Shown piece after piece: positions 50,401 to 64,000 of a stretch of 64,000 nucleotides of DNA. Source of the stretch: Azolla caroliniana (Eukaryota; Plantae; Polypodiophyta); the NCBI GenBank assembly GCA_043228905.1, contig JBHGNT010000022.1, positions 12,719,930 through 12,783,929 on the forward strand, given 5' to 3'. The stretch's first letter is position 1, and every line of letters begins with the position of its first letter. The position numbers were made by a program, and so were the translations under genes. The notes under the pieces were generated by a model, which saw nothing but the letters and a program-made list of their open reading frames with translations, was not told the DNA's origin and did no database searches.

Positions 50401-53036
50401 GGCTTTATAGTCAAGTGTTTTTAATACAAGTTGTTTAATCTCAAACAATGAGTAAGACCAAGGTACTGGATAGACATGAACACCCAAAAAGAGAGAGAAA
50501 GAAAGATATATTAATGTCTTCTAAGACCAAAATTGGTCCATGAGACAATTGGTTTACAACAAAAATGGGGTATTTACCCATTCATCGAAAGTAAAAATAA
50601 AATAAAATAAAACTTAAGCTAAAGAGTTCTAGAGCTTATATATTGTTTGCGATCTGGTGAATATTAGTACTTTAGAAATAACACAAGACACTTACAAAAG
50701 AGGATGAAGAGAGGTACATGCTTTGCAAAAGAATGTCTTTGAATGTCAGAGTAAGTTATCCCAAGCATGACCTTTCAATGTGCATGCTTTATCCACCTGG
50801 TGACAATTTGCTGACCTACCTGCCAGTCTTTTGATATGTAGAGTAGGTATGCATTGTAGTGTTGTTTGAGGAAATTTGGTCATCATATTGATTAAAGGGT
50901 ATGACTTTGGCCATCTTCTCTTATTGGTCTTCTATGGGATATTCGATGAGGATACATTGAATATGCGACCGTATATTGTGGGGTCGAAATGTAGACCTGT
51001 TGACATAGACAATAATCAAACATGAGACTGTATATGACTATGACTATGACCACACTTTCTTGGTCACAAGGAAATTTCTCTTATTTGTTTGTAGTGGTCA
51101 TGTGACCTAATGCTGAGCAGGTTTACATTACTTGTATTGTTTTGAATATAGTAAATAGCCCTACACCCCAAAAAAAGATTAAAGCACAATGTGAAACATG
51201 GTCTTAATGTACCATTAATGATAGTAAAGACAAATTCAATGTATATGATGGTGTGGAGGCAAAACTTATGATTAAGGTTTAGTGCATGGATTCAATTCTA
51301 TGGTCAAATCACACTAATTCTATTCAATTCTGTCAATGGTGTTGCATTAATTGCAAAAAGCATTAAAAAATTTGGCTTTAAGAATATCACGCTCAAGCAA
51401 AAATAAAATATAAATTTTATTATTGTTCTTAGAAGTCATCTATGACTTGCGGTACCAAAATGAAACATTTTCATATAGTGACTTTTGATGTTCAAGACTT
51501 TTACTCATGAACATCACAATTGTAAGTGCACATTGTGATTGAGAGGGAGATATGTGTAGGGCTAAATCTGGTTTGTTGAACATGCTATGACATATGTGGA
51601 GTTGGACTGTGGCCCATTGACATAGACGATAATCAAGTATGAGATGGTATATGACTTTGATCATGTTTTCATGTTGATTTTCACAAGGTAATTTTCTCAT
51701 GCCATGGCTTTTCTGAATCTGTTTGTAGTAGTCATGTGACATTATGCTGAGCATTTTTGTATCACTTGTATTGTGTTTAGAATACAATATCCTTACGTGA
51801 AAACAATAAAATTAAAGCACAATGTGAGCCATTGCCTTCTATTAACAATAATAACGAGAAATATAATGTATAAATGTGATGCTGCTGAGCTTGGGCTTTA
51901 TTCATATCAAGTCTATATCAATGGCCCTAATGTGTTTAGTCATTGTAAAAGGCCTTCATATTTTTGACTTTGAGATCATTGCACTAAGGTAAAAGGCGAG
52001 AGATTTTATTATTATCCTCAGAAGTTGAATTTTTACGAAGTATGTGAAACATTTATCCTAAGTGAAACATTTCTAAGTTGATTTTATTATTATCCTAAGT
52101 GAAACATTTCTACAGGGTATGTGGAGGTGATTAGGACTCTTGATGTCTTAAGAATTTTACTAATGAATGTTGCATTTGTGAGTGCACATTGTGTGAGAGA
52201 CGATAGGGTTTTATCTCAATTGGTAAGGTTTATAGGCTTCTAGAACCCCTACCATAACATTTTATCTTGGAACCTATTCATTTGATAGCGGAATCTAGCA
52301 AAGTAATGATATAGTGAGATTTGTATATGGATGCATAAGTTAAAAGATAAAAGAGAGAGAGAGAGAGAGAGAGATCGGGATGTGATCATAATTTAAGTCA
52401 TCTTTGAATTAGGTTGCAGATTTTGGTCTCTCGAAGGAGGTTAGTGCATCACATTCAAGTACTGGTGTTAAAGGAACATATGGCTACATGGATCCGGAGT
52501 ACATTTCCACAAATAAATTTACCTTGAAGAGTGATGTGTATAGCTTTGGTGTATTGTTATTCGAGCTGATCACGGCGAGAAGTCCGCAAAAGGGACTCAT
52601 GGATTATGTTGGCCTGGTAAACTATAAACCATATAAACCTTATCTTACATTTGAAGATGACTTTTTCTTTTGTAAAAATATGATAAAACTACAAAAATGT
52701 CTGCCTTTTTCTTGTTATTTTGCAAAGGCTTTATTAAGTGTGGAGGGAGAAGAAGGGTGGGAAGAGATATTGGATGAAAGAATTAATGGGAAATGTAACT
52801 TATCGGAGGTGGCCATCGTTGCTAACATTGCCAGGCAATGTGTGAATCCCGATTCACACAATCGGCCGAATATGAGGGAGGTTGTGCAACAATTGATGAA
52901 GTTAGGGAATAAGAGACCAAGTAGTACACGCTCGATAGGTTCTGATGGTTCAAGCCAAACTGATGGAGATGTAGATGTTAGAGGTCGACGAGATCTGCTT
53001 CGTCTTGTTAGTATACCTGAACGACCAGAGCTCTAG
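47435..53036 (+). CDS. CRLK1: Calcium/calmodulin-regulated receptor-like kinase (CRLK1/CRLK2-like), 7 exons, 423 aa
   Basis: Exons 47435-47754, 48799-48952, 49444-49570, 49727-49812, 49960-50031, 52413-52616, 52728-53036 (1272 nt, all GT-AG). N-terminal [24 protein letters not shown] motif, [69 protein letters not shown]. Confidence 0.93.
50930..52210. repeat. Diverged ~620-bp tandem duplication in kinase intron 5
   Basis: TTGACATAGAC.ATAATCAA..ATGAGA...TATATGACT, TGTTTGTAGT.GTCATGTGAC..ATGCTGAGCA and ATTAAAGCACAATGTGA occur near 51000-51200 and 51617-51830; GTGCACATTGTG block at ~51526 and ~52182. Confidence 0.75.
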
Positions 53037-56000
53037 TCATTTGATTCTAACCCATTACAACCATCTCATGTATCCAAAGTCCTTTGTAACATAATAACGT
53101 AATCATCTTAGGATCCTTAAAGAGGATTTTGTCGATGAATATTTGTTGGGAGTTTGAGAACTTGTCACCCAAGGGAACACTTTTTAACATGTGAAATTTA
53201 CAACACATGCTTTTGTGGAAATGGTTGGATTTTGAGTAACTAGTTATCGATGAAGATCAATTAACTAGTGATTGGTTGATGGCAATAAATGAACTTTCCT
53301 TGCAATTCACAAATTATTATTCAACTTGTACGTAGGGATACAACCAACAAGCTATAATTAATAGTAGGAACCTCAACTACATTTTAGAGCGTAAAGTTAT
53401 CGAACTATATTATTAGCCCATGACTCACAGATAGGTTGATTATCAGTGAGAAACTAATTGACAATAAATTCAAACACATAGAACTTAACACATCTTTGGA
53501 ATCCACATCCCATAGTTTCACCATTGGCACTGTGTGGCTTTATTAATCATCAAAGTCCAATCACATTGATTGTCGGCCTATGTTTTCTTGTACTTCAATT
53601 TGAATTATGTGTTTGACTCACAAGTTACCAAACAATGAAAAAACATTGACATATGATGAAGTTTCTCATACCCATGATCCCTTCAACTCACATTCTAATC
53701 ATACATTCATTGCTAGATATACTTCAATGTAATAGTGGATGTAGATTGTTATCATCATAGAGAGTTTAATGGTGAATATATATAGTGGTGAGGGGTCATA
53801 AGCTGACTCGAAGATTATCAATGTATGACTTACCTCAAACCATAACCTTATATCCCGTATCCAAGATTTATGTAAATAGAATTGAAAAATGAAAATTGAT
53901 ATCAATCACACAAAATAGTCAGTATACTAATGAACAATATTCCATTCAAAAATGTGTTTCAAACACCACACAAAGCACCCAATGGAAGGTAACTTAGTGT
54001 TCATGAGGTTCAATGATGGAAGTGTTCATTCTTGTGAATTAGTTGGGATGGGGGTGGGAGTGTTAGACCCCAAAATAGAGACATCCAACATCTTGCCATC
54101 GAGTAGCTTTAATTCATTGGCAATCTCATTAGCATTAAAAGGATTACATTAGTTAGAACTCCAAGAGCCCACCAATTGCAATGATAATTACTTTATCTCA
54201 CCCATTGATATTGATCACAAGGATAATGGTTAATAGTCCATTCGTCAACCTAACCATTACTATGTACTGTGTACATCTCTTGCTTAAGGACGAGGATCTA
54301 TAAGCTTGATTAATGTCAAATGTGTGTGTATTTTGGAAATGAGGAGCTAGAAGCTTGACTAATGCCACTTGGTGCCTATTAGGAGACAAGACTATAAGCG
54401 TGATATTTAATAACCTCCCATATTGTTGCATCCCCCCTCTCCATGATTTAAAAAACACAATTTTCATGTCTAGAGAGAATACATTCTTCTACACTTCTAC
54501 ACTTCAAAGATCTTGTGATATTTTGAAAGGCTATTCACTAACCTCTAGGGTTTCTAGTCAATATGCCCTTTTGGACATCCAAAATTATGTTGAGCTTTGG
54601 TACTTCTCAAACCCATTTGACTTTTTGAGAAGTAAAAGCAAACAATCAAACACTCAATGAAAAAAGAAATGTGAGTGTTAGGCGTAAAGGTGGTGAACTT
54701 CAACACAATCTAATGCAAAACCTCTCCAAGGCACAAAGTCATGAGCTCCTAGATTTCAAAATGTAATTTGTTGTAATATATGATGTGAGAAAAAGGCATT
54801 CCATGTTTGAATCTAACACCATCCTAACCCTTACACCACAAGGCCATTACATTCACATGACTATGCCTAATATTTCCAAAGAATACTACCAAACCAAAAC
54901 TATATCAAGAAACAAATAAGAACCAAAATATGTATCTTGTAAAACTCAAAATTCCTCATTGCATAATATCATAAAAAGTGCTTCAAAAAAGTTGCATTGC
55001 AACACATACATGTTGGCACAAAGCGATGTGCATGCATTTGTAGGCAACAAGAAGAACAAACACTCAAAGTATCACACTTTATGTTTTCAACTCCACACAT
55101 TCAACAAAAGTAGCATGAGCCACCATGATTGGTGATGATCATGTTGTCCTTTGTAGCTCATGCTTATACTAAAGTCTAAGCACACATGTTGTAGGCATGC
55201 TTAGTCTTAAGTTTGAGCAAGCATCACTGTAATGATTGGGGATTTTTGTCTCCATTCTTAGTGGCAAATGTAACCCAAATGTTCCATGCTTGGACTTAAG
55301 TTTAAGCATGAAATGTGAAAAGGATATATTGATAGATGTGTCTATCATCATCATGCAAATCTGAAGGACTAGTGATTTTGATGTTTAGGACCCATAACAA
55401 GTGTTTCATAATTGTCATAGTCTTGGGGTTGATTGAGCATGGACTAACAATTGAAGGCCAATTTTTGGATGTGGGATTGGACATTTTAAACACACTAGAA
55501 GTAAGATTCATTCGCCATGCCTATGCTCAAGATTGGGGTATAGAAGGGGTTTTTTTATTCTAAAAGGGAATTTTTTGCATCCATAATCTTAGGTTGACCA
55601 AAGTTGTCCATGCAATAAAGGGGCGTTTGCTATAATATGTTGAGGTGCTATACCATCAACATCATGTCCTCTTATAAGGTTTCCTCATCGACAATTCATA
55701 TTTATTGGGCCATGTCCTTTTGTTAGGCCCATCATCCACTTCTTCTAAAGGATGTCCACACCGAAGCACCCTAGGGGACAATTCGCACTCCAATCCGTCA
55801 CATGGGAAAATATCTACTTTCAAAACATTGACCTATTTTTTATGGTAGCATTTTTCTATTTTATAAGCAAAACATCACATATTTTTACAAAACATTCTTT
55901 TGATAAAAAAACCACAAGGAATTTTACATCTCACTTTACCATGGCTTTTCAAGCTCTGAGTACTCAAAACATTAAATTGCCTCTTTAGAGAGTGAATGCT

Positions 56001-59000
56001 CAAAATTGGATTTTGTTTTGTGCATACTAGCAATTCAATTATATCTGGACATTGTATATATTCGAAGTAAATTCGTAGAGAAAGTGGTTGAAATGTGTGC
56101 ATCAACTATGTGTCAAAGAACTATTGGTACAAATTAATGCTCTAGATGGCATCACAACTTTTAAACTTGCATTCATCGCTTTTACCTAGAACATTTGGTT
56201 TTGTTTCTCAACCTTTCACCTTGTCAATAATATCAACACTTGTAACTATCAACAACATAAGTATTCTAAAAGGTTGACGTTCATCGTAAATGCCAATATT
56301 GTTGGTTGTTATAATGTCGGGATATTAGCGATAATATATGTAAAGTTACACAAAATTGATACCCGGCATGTTTCTTATTGAAATGTTAACATCATCAATG
56401 CTTTTTCTGGAAACTCTTTTATCGATAAAGTTATAAGCACACCCATGTATACATTATCAAGAGCTAATGAAAGGTATGAGAGCCCCATTAACTATGGGAT
56501 GATCTTAAGCTAATCAAATTTGGAGCGATATGGTCTAGACATAGGCCTATTTGGATTGGACATATGTATTGCATGTCATCTCTATTCTACCTACACTATC
56601 TCTATTCAATGGATGCTAACCCTATTTAAGTTATCAATTATGTTGTTCATGATAATGCATGTGCAAAATATTGTTGGGCATAGCATTGGATCACACCACA
56701 TCTAGCCGATTCAATAGGTTACACCAATTTCATCAAATTCTTGTAATGGCTCAACATCATCATATATGTCAATGTTCACGCTTGTTCAATAATGTTGGAC
56801 TGCATGTTTTGATGCTCAACATCATATATAGAAAGTGTAGGGTGTCATGTGTGCAAGCACCAACTTTCTTATTGGCAACACCGCATGAAGCTTAAAATTA
56901 CTCGTATGTGTTAAATACGCAAAAAATATGATCTCATAAGTCTAAAGAAACCAATATTTTTGTACATACATGGCTGCATTTGTATTTGTATTTGAATACA
57001 ATGTGAAGTTCTCCCTACTTTGGATGCCAAATAGTTAAGTGAATTTGATCTCACTTTAGCTATCAATGTCAAAGCCCTTATCCAGTTCTTAAACCTTGTC
57101 CTAATTGATAGTTTATGTTAAGATTTATAATGAAAACTTACGTGAGTCGTTCTGCTTCACATGCAAGAATCACCTTGCAAAATCTCATTTCGATATCTTT
57201 TTTGTAACATCCTTGTTATAGTTATCCTCTAAAATTGTTGAAGGCATAACCTTACAAACCAACTCTAAAGACTAATTTAAATGGTTTAAGGGTAGGATAA
57301 GTGGGAGGTCAAATACACCATTTTCATAGTGCCCACAATACCCTTCTCATTAGGAGTTTCACCACATCATGGAAACAATTACGGAGTTATCTTTTAAATG
57401 TTATTCATTTCGATGGTTTCCATCTCTTGACCTTTTTCTTTCCTTTCACGATGTTTATATACGATGATTGTCTTTTGACCTTCATTTTTTTGTTCTCCTT
57501 ATTATTACCGTGCATGGTCTCTTAGACTTGTGCCTACATGTAGGCATTGTGGTTGTTTGTGGCTTTCCTTGTGGACATAAGTTCTCACCATTTAAGCTTA
57601 ATTGTAGTAACAACTCTTAATGAAGACACCTTTCGTTGTATATCTCTCATCTTATGCAACTTCACTAACTGATATTTTGCTTTCGTTAAGACCATTGTTA
57701 AGATTCAAATTTCCACTCTTTAATTATGTGATGTGTCCACACATCTCGGTAGCGTATTCACCCAAGACTAACAAATTTATGGTGGAGGTGGAGATTAAGC
57801 CCCTTTGCATTCTACATTTGTTTAACTAATTTAATCACATTTATCAATTAGTTACATTTATTGATCCTAACAAGCATTTGTGAAGTGGAATGTAGTATCT
57901 CAATTTGCACAATGAAAAACTATGCCAATAAATGTGTTATAAACAGCAAATATAGTCACTTTAAAATAGTTGTTAATGCCTAATTTTCTAACCCTATTTT
58001 TCCTTAGAATTTATATAATATTTAGAACTTGGAGTAGGAAAAAGTCATTATGGTATTCTAGCATGATGTTCGCCAAATTGGTGTAACTTGTGAGTTGATA
58101 CAATGAAGAGTAATATAGATGTCAAGGTTGGAATTGGGGCAAAGTAAGATGTCACTCATGGTCATGTCTCATGAACGTTACAAACTAATCCCATGTTTGA
58201 ATTAAAAGGTTAGGAGGAAAAATTTCCTCTGAAAGCACAATATGGACAATGAGGACTAAAGGTTAAATGTAGAATGAGATTTATTTCTAAATGCCTGAAA
58301 TTTTCTTTTCTCTATTTGTTTATGTGGGATTTACTTTAATATCTTACCGATAGTCTCAAAGTGCATTGTAGACACTGAGCTTATCACTCAATATTTCACA
58401 TCTTTGTACTATTAGTGTTCATGATTAAGTGAGGGATTGTCATAATCTAACCTTCATTACTATTTAGGCAATTTACTTAAAACTAACATTAGTAAGTTTG
58501 TTGTATAGTATGTTTTATCAAATTTCTTGTCTTTGGTTATTTAATGTTTTGATAAGCAATTACCTAAAAACCCAAATATTTGAGTCACCCTTCATGGTTT
58601 TCCCCCCATTCATTATTTAAAAAAATGTTGCAGTTTTTAGTTCTAATCATGGTTTGTTTTGTTGCGGTTCATGTTAGTTGTTGAGATACTCTCGATTGCT
58701 TAGTGGGTTTGGTTCCCCCCCCCACATGGCCATATGAATGCAAGCACATGCATATTTGTTGTGAGGCCCGTGCAAATGAGCTTAAGATACTATGCACGAT
58801 TCCCTAATATAAGGAGGAAATGGCATACACACACACCCCTATGCCAACAAAGGTGGTTATCCAAGTTTTAGTAGTGAGTAGAATAAGTGTATAATATGAT
58901 TAGATTATCAAATTTGTGTAAATGCACTACATGTCTTGCCTCAATTTCCTTCCCTTAAGATCGTCTATTATTTGCCTTCCAAATTCTGTGTCATACCTTC

Positions 59001-62000
59001 CATAATGATGATAAGATATCATGTTTGATCTCCTTCTCTTTTGAAGTGTTTTGCTCCATGCATAAAGAAGTTGATTGCTATGATGTTCTGAAAAACTTGA
59101 CTTAAGTCTCATCTCTTTGACCCATGTAAAAAAGGTCCTATGTGACACTATCCTCTTTTCAAGGACATATTATATAACAAAAGACGAGTAGGGCCAACTC
59201 TACGTATTTGAATTCTTCAAACTAATACAATTTATTGTAGACATTATATCATAAACATTGTGTCCTCACTTTTGAATCTTTGTTTTCGTAACCAACTAGT
59301 GTGGTGGATTTTATCGGACCCTAGGTATTTACCATGTGCTTGCATGTGGTTGCTAGACTATCTGATGATTTTAATTCCATGTGCTGTTGTCATAAGGAGC
59401 AACCTCATTGGGGTTACCCAAGACACTCTTCACCAAACCAACATGGTACTCATTAGTCAACATGATGTCCCCATGTTTGAATGGATCTGGTCCCACCACC
59501 ACCCATTTCCTTTTTGTAACATGCACATTGATAAGCATCCAGTGAGGAAGAAGAGGAAGGATTTCTAGCCTTAGAAGATAATGTGTGTCATGTTTTTTTG
59601 GGGGGTTAAAGAATAATATAAGCCCTTAATAAGAAAAAAATAACACCTTTTCCTCCTTCACTAAGGAGACATGCCACTCTACATCCATTATATAAGAGTC
59701 ACTATATACACCACTATCCATGTAGTCAGCTTAAAAGGTAATGTTTAGTTATTTTACATTACAATTATCATGTAGAGTGGCTATCCATATTGTGGGTTAA
59801 ATAGTTTAAGATATATTTGTGACATCTACATTATTTTTTCAAATTCAAGTCTCGTACTAGCTGTCAATGACTTCACAAATAGTTATTTGAATATTTACAT
59901 CCATTGTATTAGTTTTTGTGTTTGTTACGCTAATACTTTGCATTTCTATTAAAACAAAACTTCCTTAACATAGGAAACGATTGATAGACGGTGACTTGTT
60001 ATGGTTTTCTACTCATTATGAGAGGTCAATTTAGTTACTTCATTACATATGAGTGACTTGATGAGCCCTTGGCTGCTGCTCAAAAGTTACATGCTAATCT
60101 TCTTAGAGAGCAAGTTGCTTGGTGTAATACATGAGATTCAATCTAAAACTATATGTTCCATGTGGGGAGACTTTCGATGAAGTTAGATTCACACATAAAC
60201 TACATGGGGGACCTTTTGCCACTGGGTAATAGTTGGCATTTACTCATGAAGAACTCATGCATGTACCAATCAAAGGCTAGATCATGGTGTGTTAGGTATA
60301 AGTTATAACACAAGTTTTTGCAAAAGGCCGCTCTACCTAGGTGTAAAGAAATCACATGGCAAAAACTTGTGATAATCCTCTAAACCAGGTTTAGGGTCGA
60401 TTGTGTTCATAAGAAGGAAAAAAAGGGGATTGAAAAATATTTTTGAATGACTCATTAGAACAAATTGAGATAATTATATTACAAGCCATATTTGTATGTG
60501 TATATGTGGACTTGCATCTTCATGCTTTTATTTTGCATTGGTCCAATCATATAAATATATTCATTTCGTCTCTAGATAAATTATCATTGTTAACATTGAT
60601 CGAAATCCATCATGTTTGAATGCCTAAACCCTTTCTCTCTATTTGTGCATGATTGGAAGTATGTGTGCAAGATTGCTCATACTATTATTACTTGGACTTG
60701 TTTCACGTGGACGTATTCATTTATTCTCCCACTCTAACCATATGCCAATAGATGCATACACACATACAAATCATCAAAATATGGATTTTCCTTGCCTAGA
60801 AAACATGTCATCTCTTCTTTCTTGATTAATCATTGTATGTTTATGTCTATTTTAAATGTATGTTCATGAGATTGAATGTTGCATTTCATGGCGTTTTCCA
60901 TCTCTTCTTCCTTGATGAATTCATTTGGTTGTGATTTTCTATTATGTTACAAGAGAGCAGAATAGATAGACTCAGACGTAGGCAAGGATGATCAATAGCG
61001 ATTTGGATGATAGGGTATTTTTTACTAGACATCCCATTTGAAGGGGTACATTTTCTTCAAACTGACAATAGACAAAGGGCAGTAAAAATGTCTTGTCACA
61101 TGAAGCAAAATAGTTAAGGAGAAGACCACAAATAAGTTAAGATTTGGGACTGGACCTACATTTGGTTGTAGGTAAGGTAGATCAACGTGTGAATACGATT
61201 GCTTTCTAACCATGAGAACTTGTGTCCTCACATATTTACTGTATGTATAGATTGTCGAATGCGTGTTTCACTACAAACGAATGACATCACATATTATTTG
61301 ATTAGGAAGGGGTACAATGGCTTTGATTTATTCGATTTAGTATAGCTAAGTTTTGCGATAGGGCAAAATACCATATTAGTCTGAGAGTGGAGGGGGGGGG
61401 GGGGGGGGGTACTTGAATGTGATAATAGCATATCACAAATCAGATTTTTGATAAAAGGATAGGATAGAGCTAATTTGATAGCCTTTAATTGGCATAAAAA
61501 GACTCAAAGGGCATTTCTTGATCGAAACATAACAAGGATATGAAATTTCGATCGAAGTCGAAGATTCCAAGAGGGGCTAGCGCTAGACCATAGTAATATA
61601 CGCATTGCATTGACAGTGGGGAAATAGGGCGAGGTTTGGAAAAGTAGCAACAACAAAAACGATATGAAACGAACATTAAGACAACATGGAAAGAATTGTA
61701 TTAAAAAGAAAAAGAAACATCAACAAACCATGAACATAATATCAGAGCACAAATATTAAAACCAACAACAGTTGGAGAGTTGTATCGGAACAATATCGGA
61801 CGATTACGAAACCAACAGGGTGTGTACGAGCACAAAACAACACTTCCAAACAAATACTGGATCATGTGAAATCGATTGTGTGTGTGTGTAGGTGCGGTTC
61901 CGCAACACGATGAGGCGAGACTCGAATGATGCGAGATCGATAAATGTGCAGGTGGGGGGTGGAGAGGGGGGGGGGGCGCGTACAAAACACCGAAACACGG

Positions 62001-62039
62001 TATCAAAAGAAGAGTACGAGAACAATGTAAAGCACAATA

Positions 62040-62069
62040 CACTACTACATACTAGTGCTACTGGTAGTG

Positions 62070-62114
<45 letters not shown>

Positions 62115-62940
62115 ACACTAGTGCGAGAAACATGGGATGTAAATAAGTAAATAAATCAAAAGGGTTATTTGGTTGTTGTTGGACATTGGGAGGCTTGGGG
62201 AGGGGAGGGGGGGAGTGTGGGACCCATAAAGCACCACCATGGCCATGGATGCATATGCATATGCATGGTATATGTACATACACACATATATCTATTGTGT
62301 GTGTGTGTGTATGTGTATGTATGTATGCATGTATGGATATGTATGTATGTATGTGTATGTGTGTATGTATGTATGTATGTATGTATGTGTATGTGTGTAT
62401 GTATGTATGTATGTATGTATGTATATGTATGCGTGTATGTTTGTATGTATACTATACCTTGTATGTGTGTGTATGTATGTATGTATGATCCATTGCATGA
62501 TGGAGGATGGTCACATAGAGAGAGCCATCACTATCATATTGTCACTTTCATGGGGGTGAGCTGTCCCTGACGTCACGGTGTGGGTGGGCCATAACCCCCC
62601 CCCTTCACCTAGGGAGACAGCTTTCACTGTTACGTGTGTAGAGAGAGAGAGGAGGCTGTGTGTGTAGTGTTTGAGAGAGAGAGAGAGACGTGTGTTTGAG
62701 GGATAGAGTCCTTCCAAGAGTGAGAGAGAGAGAGAGAGAGAGAGAGTGTGTGTGTGTATGTATGTCTAGAGAGAGAAAGAGATGCTTGCGTGACTGTGTA
62801 GAGAGAGAGAGGGAACGTGTGTGTGAGGGAGTGCGTAGAGAGAGAGAGAGAGAGGGAGTGAGAGAAGAGGAGGTAGAGAATGTGTGTGTAGTGTAGAGAG
62901 AGAGAGAGTAGTAGAAGCACTGTAATATGTGAGTGTGGAT

Positions 62941-62985
<45 letters not shown>

Positions 62986-63250
62986 CAGGGCATGGACCAA
63001 AAAAGAAGAAGAAGAAGAAGAAGGAGCCCAAGCATCATTTTATTTTTAATTTTTATTTGTTATTTGCTTCTTCTTTTTCCTTGATCCTTTTCCCATTTGC
63101 AATTTCTTGCTTATATTTCTCGACCAATTAAGCGCCTGGCTTATTTTCCTCTCTCCTCTCTCTTCAACATCAAGATCCACTAATAATAAATAATAATAAT
63201 AAGTAGTAATATGTAATAATAATAATAATAATAATAATTATTATTAATAC
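62040..63250. repeat. Compound microsatellite cluster: (ACT)n ~62070-62110, (TATG)n ~62295-62487, (GA)n/(GT)n ~62635-62983, (GAA)n, (AAT)n ~63180-63245
   Basis: Directly visible; explains the low-complexity ORFs in this interval. Confidence 0.95.
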
Positions 63251-64000
63251 TCATATTCTGCCCCCCCTCCATCCTTTTCTTTCTTCCTCCGGAGCATCTC
63301 TCTTTCTCTCTCAGTCTGTGGTTTTTTTTTTCTCTTTTTGCTCCAATTCTCGACTGCTAATTACCACCCCATTTACCTCTCAATTACCCCCAATTAAGCG
63401 ACTTAATTACCCCTTCCCGACCTTAATCACCCCCCACCAGTGCGTTAATCGCCCTTTCCTCGGCCTTAATCGATCACCTATCAGTGCGCTAACCCTCCTC
63501 CATCTTGACCTAGATTGTCTAATTACCCCCCCGCCCCAACCTCCTTACCCTAATTTACCCTCCGCAGGTGTGCTAATTACCCCCCCCCCACCCCCCCCCC
63601 CCCCCCCCCCCCCTCCCTCCGGGAACCCTCCTCTCTCCTCCCAGAGCGTCGAGCACTGAAGATGATGACTTCCAGGCAGAGGCTAATCCTGAGTACGAAT
63701 CGCCTCCTCCGCCCTTGATACGAAGCAGCAGCTCATATATAAAATTTTCACGACCTTATTATTATTATTATTATTATTATTACTGTAATTCCCATGATCA
63801 GTCCCGCCTTCCAGCAGCTATACAGACGCTCTCTGATTCTCCATAATCACATGGTAATTAGTAGGTGAGTGAGTGAGTGAGTGAGGGGCGGTCAAATGGG
63901 GTCAGTGATGAGGCAGCGATATATATATATATTCAGGGATGAGAGAGAGAGAGCGATTATCTATCTAGATAGTGATTAGTTGGTGATTAGATGGGGATTA

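Noticed and set aside
61701-63659. Poly-Thr, poly-Val, CVYV, SL/ER and poly-Pro ORFs
   Set aside because: Artefacts of microsatellites and homopolymer runs.
1-64000. Conserved plant miRNAs, tRNA or rRNA genes
   Set aside because: No mature sequences of the common families were recognised by eye; absence was not verified computationally.

Overview
AT-rich, microsatellite- and retroelement-rich land-plant nuclear DNA. Long TE-filled introns and the element types suggest a non-seed plant such as a fern or lycophyte (inference only). Two intact multi-exon genes were reconstructed by eye: a minus-strand 15-exon membrane calcineurin-like metallophosphoesterase (At4g11800/At4g23000 family, 989 aa, one GC-AG intron) and a plus-strand 7-exon CRLK1-like receptor-like kinase (423 aa). 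Around them lie a decayed Ty1/Copia element whose 3' LTR is split by an RTE/RTEX-like LINE inside a (CT)n tract, several L1-type LINE relics and tandem repeats. The most notable signals are: (i) a LINE 3' terminus seen four times, with a covarying stem-loop and a CT-rich tail; (ii) a ~129-bp, cis-element-dense tandem array directly upstream of the phosphoesterase gene; (iii) three upstream AUGs and a CATGCA-rich minisatellite ahead of the kinase. No CRISPR array, rRNA or tRNA was seen. All family assignments come from recalled motifs, not database searches.
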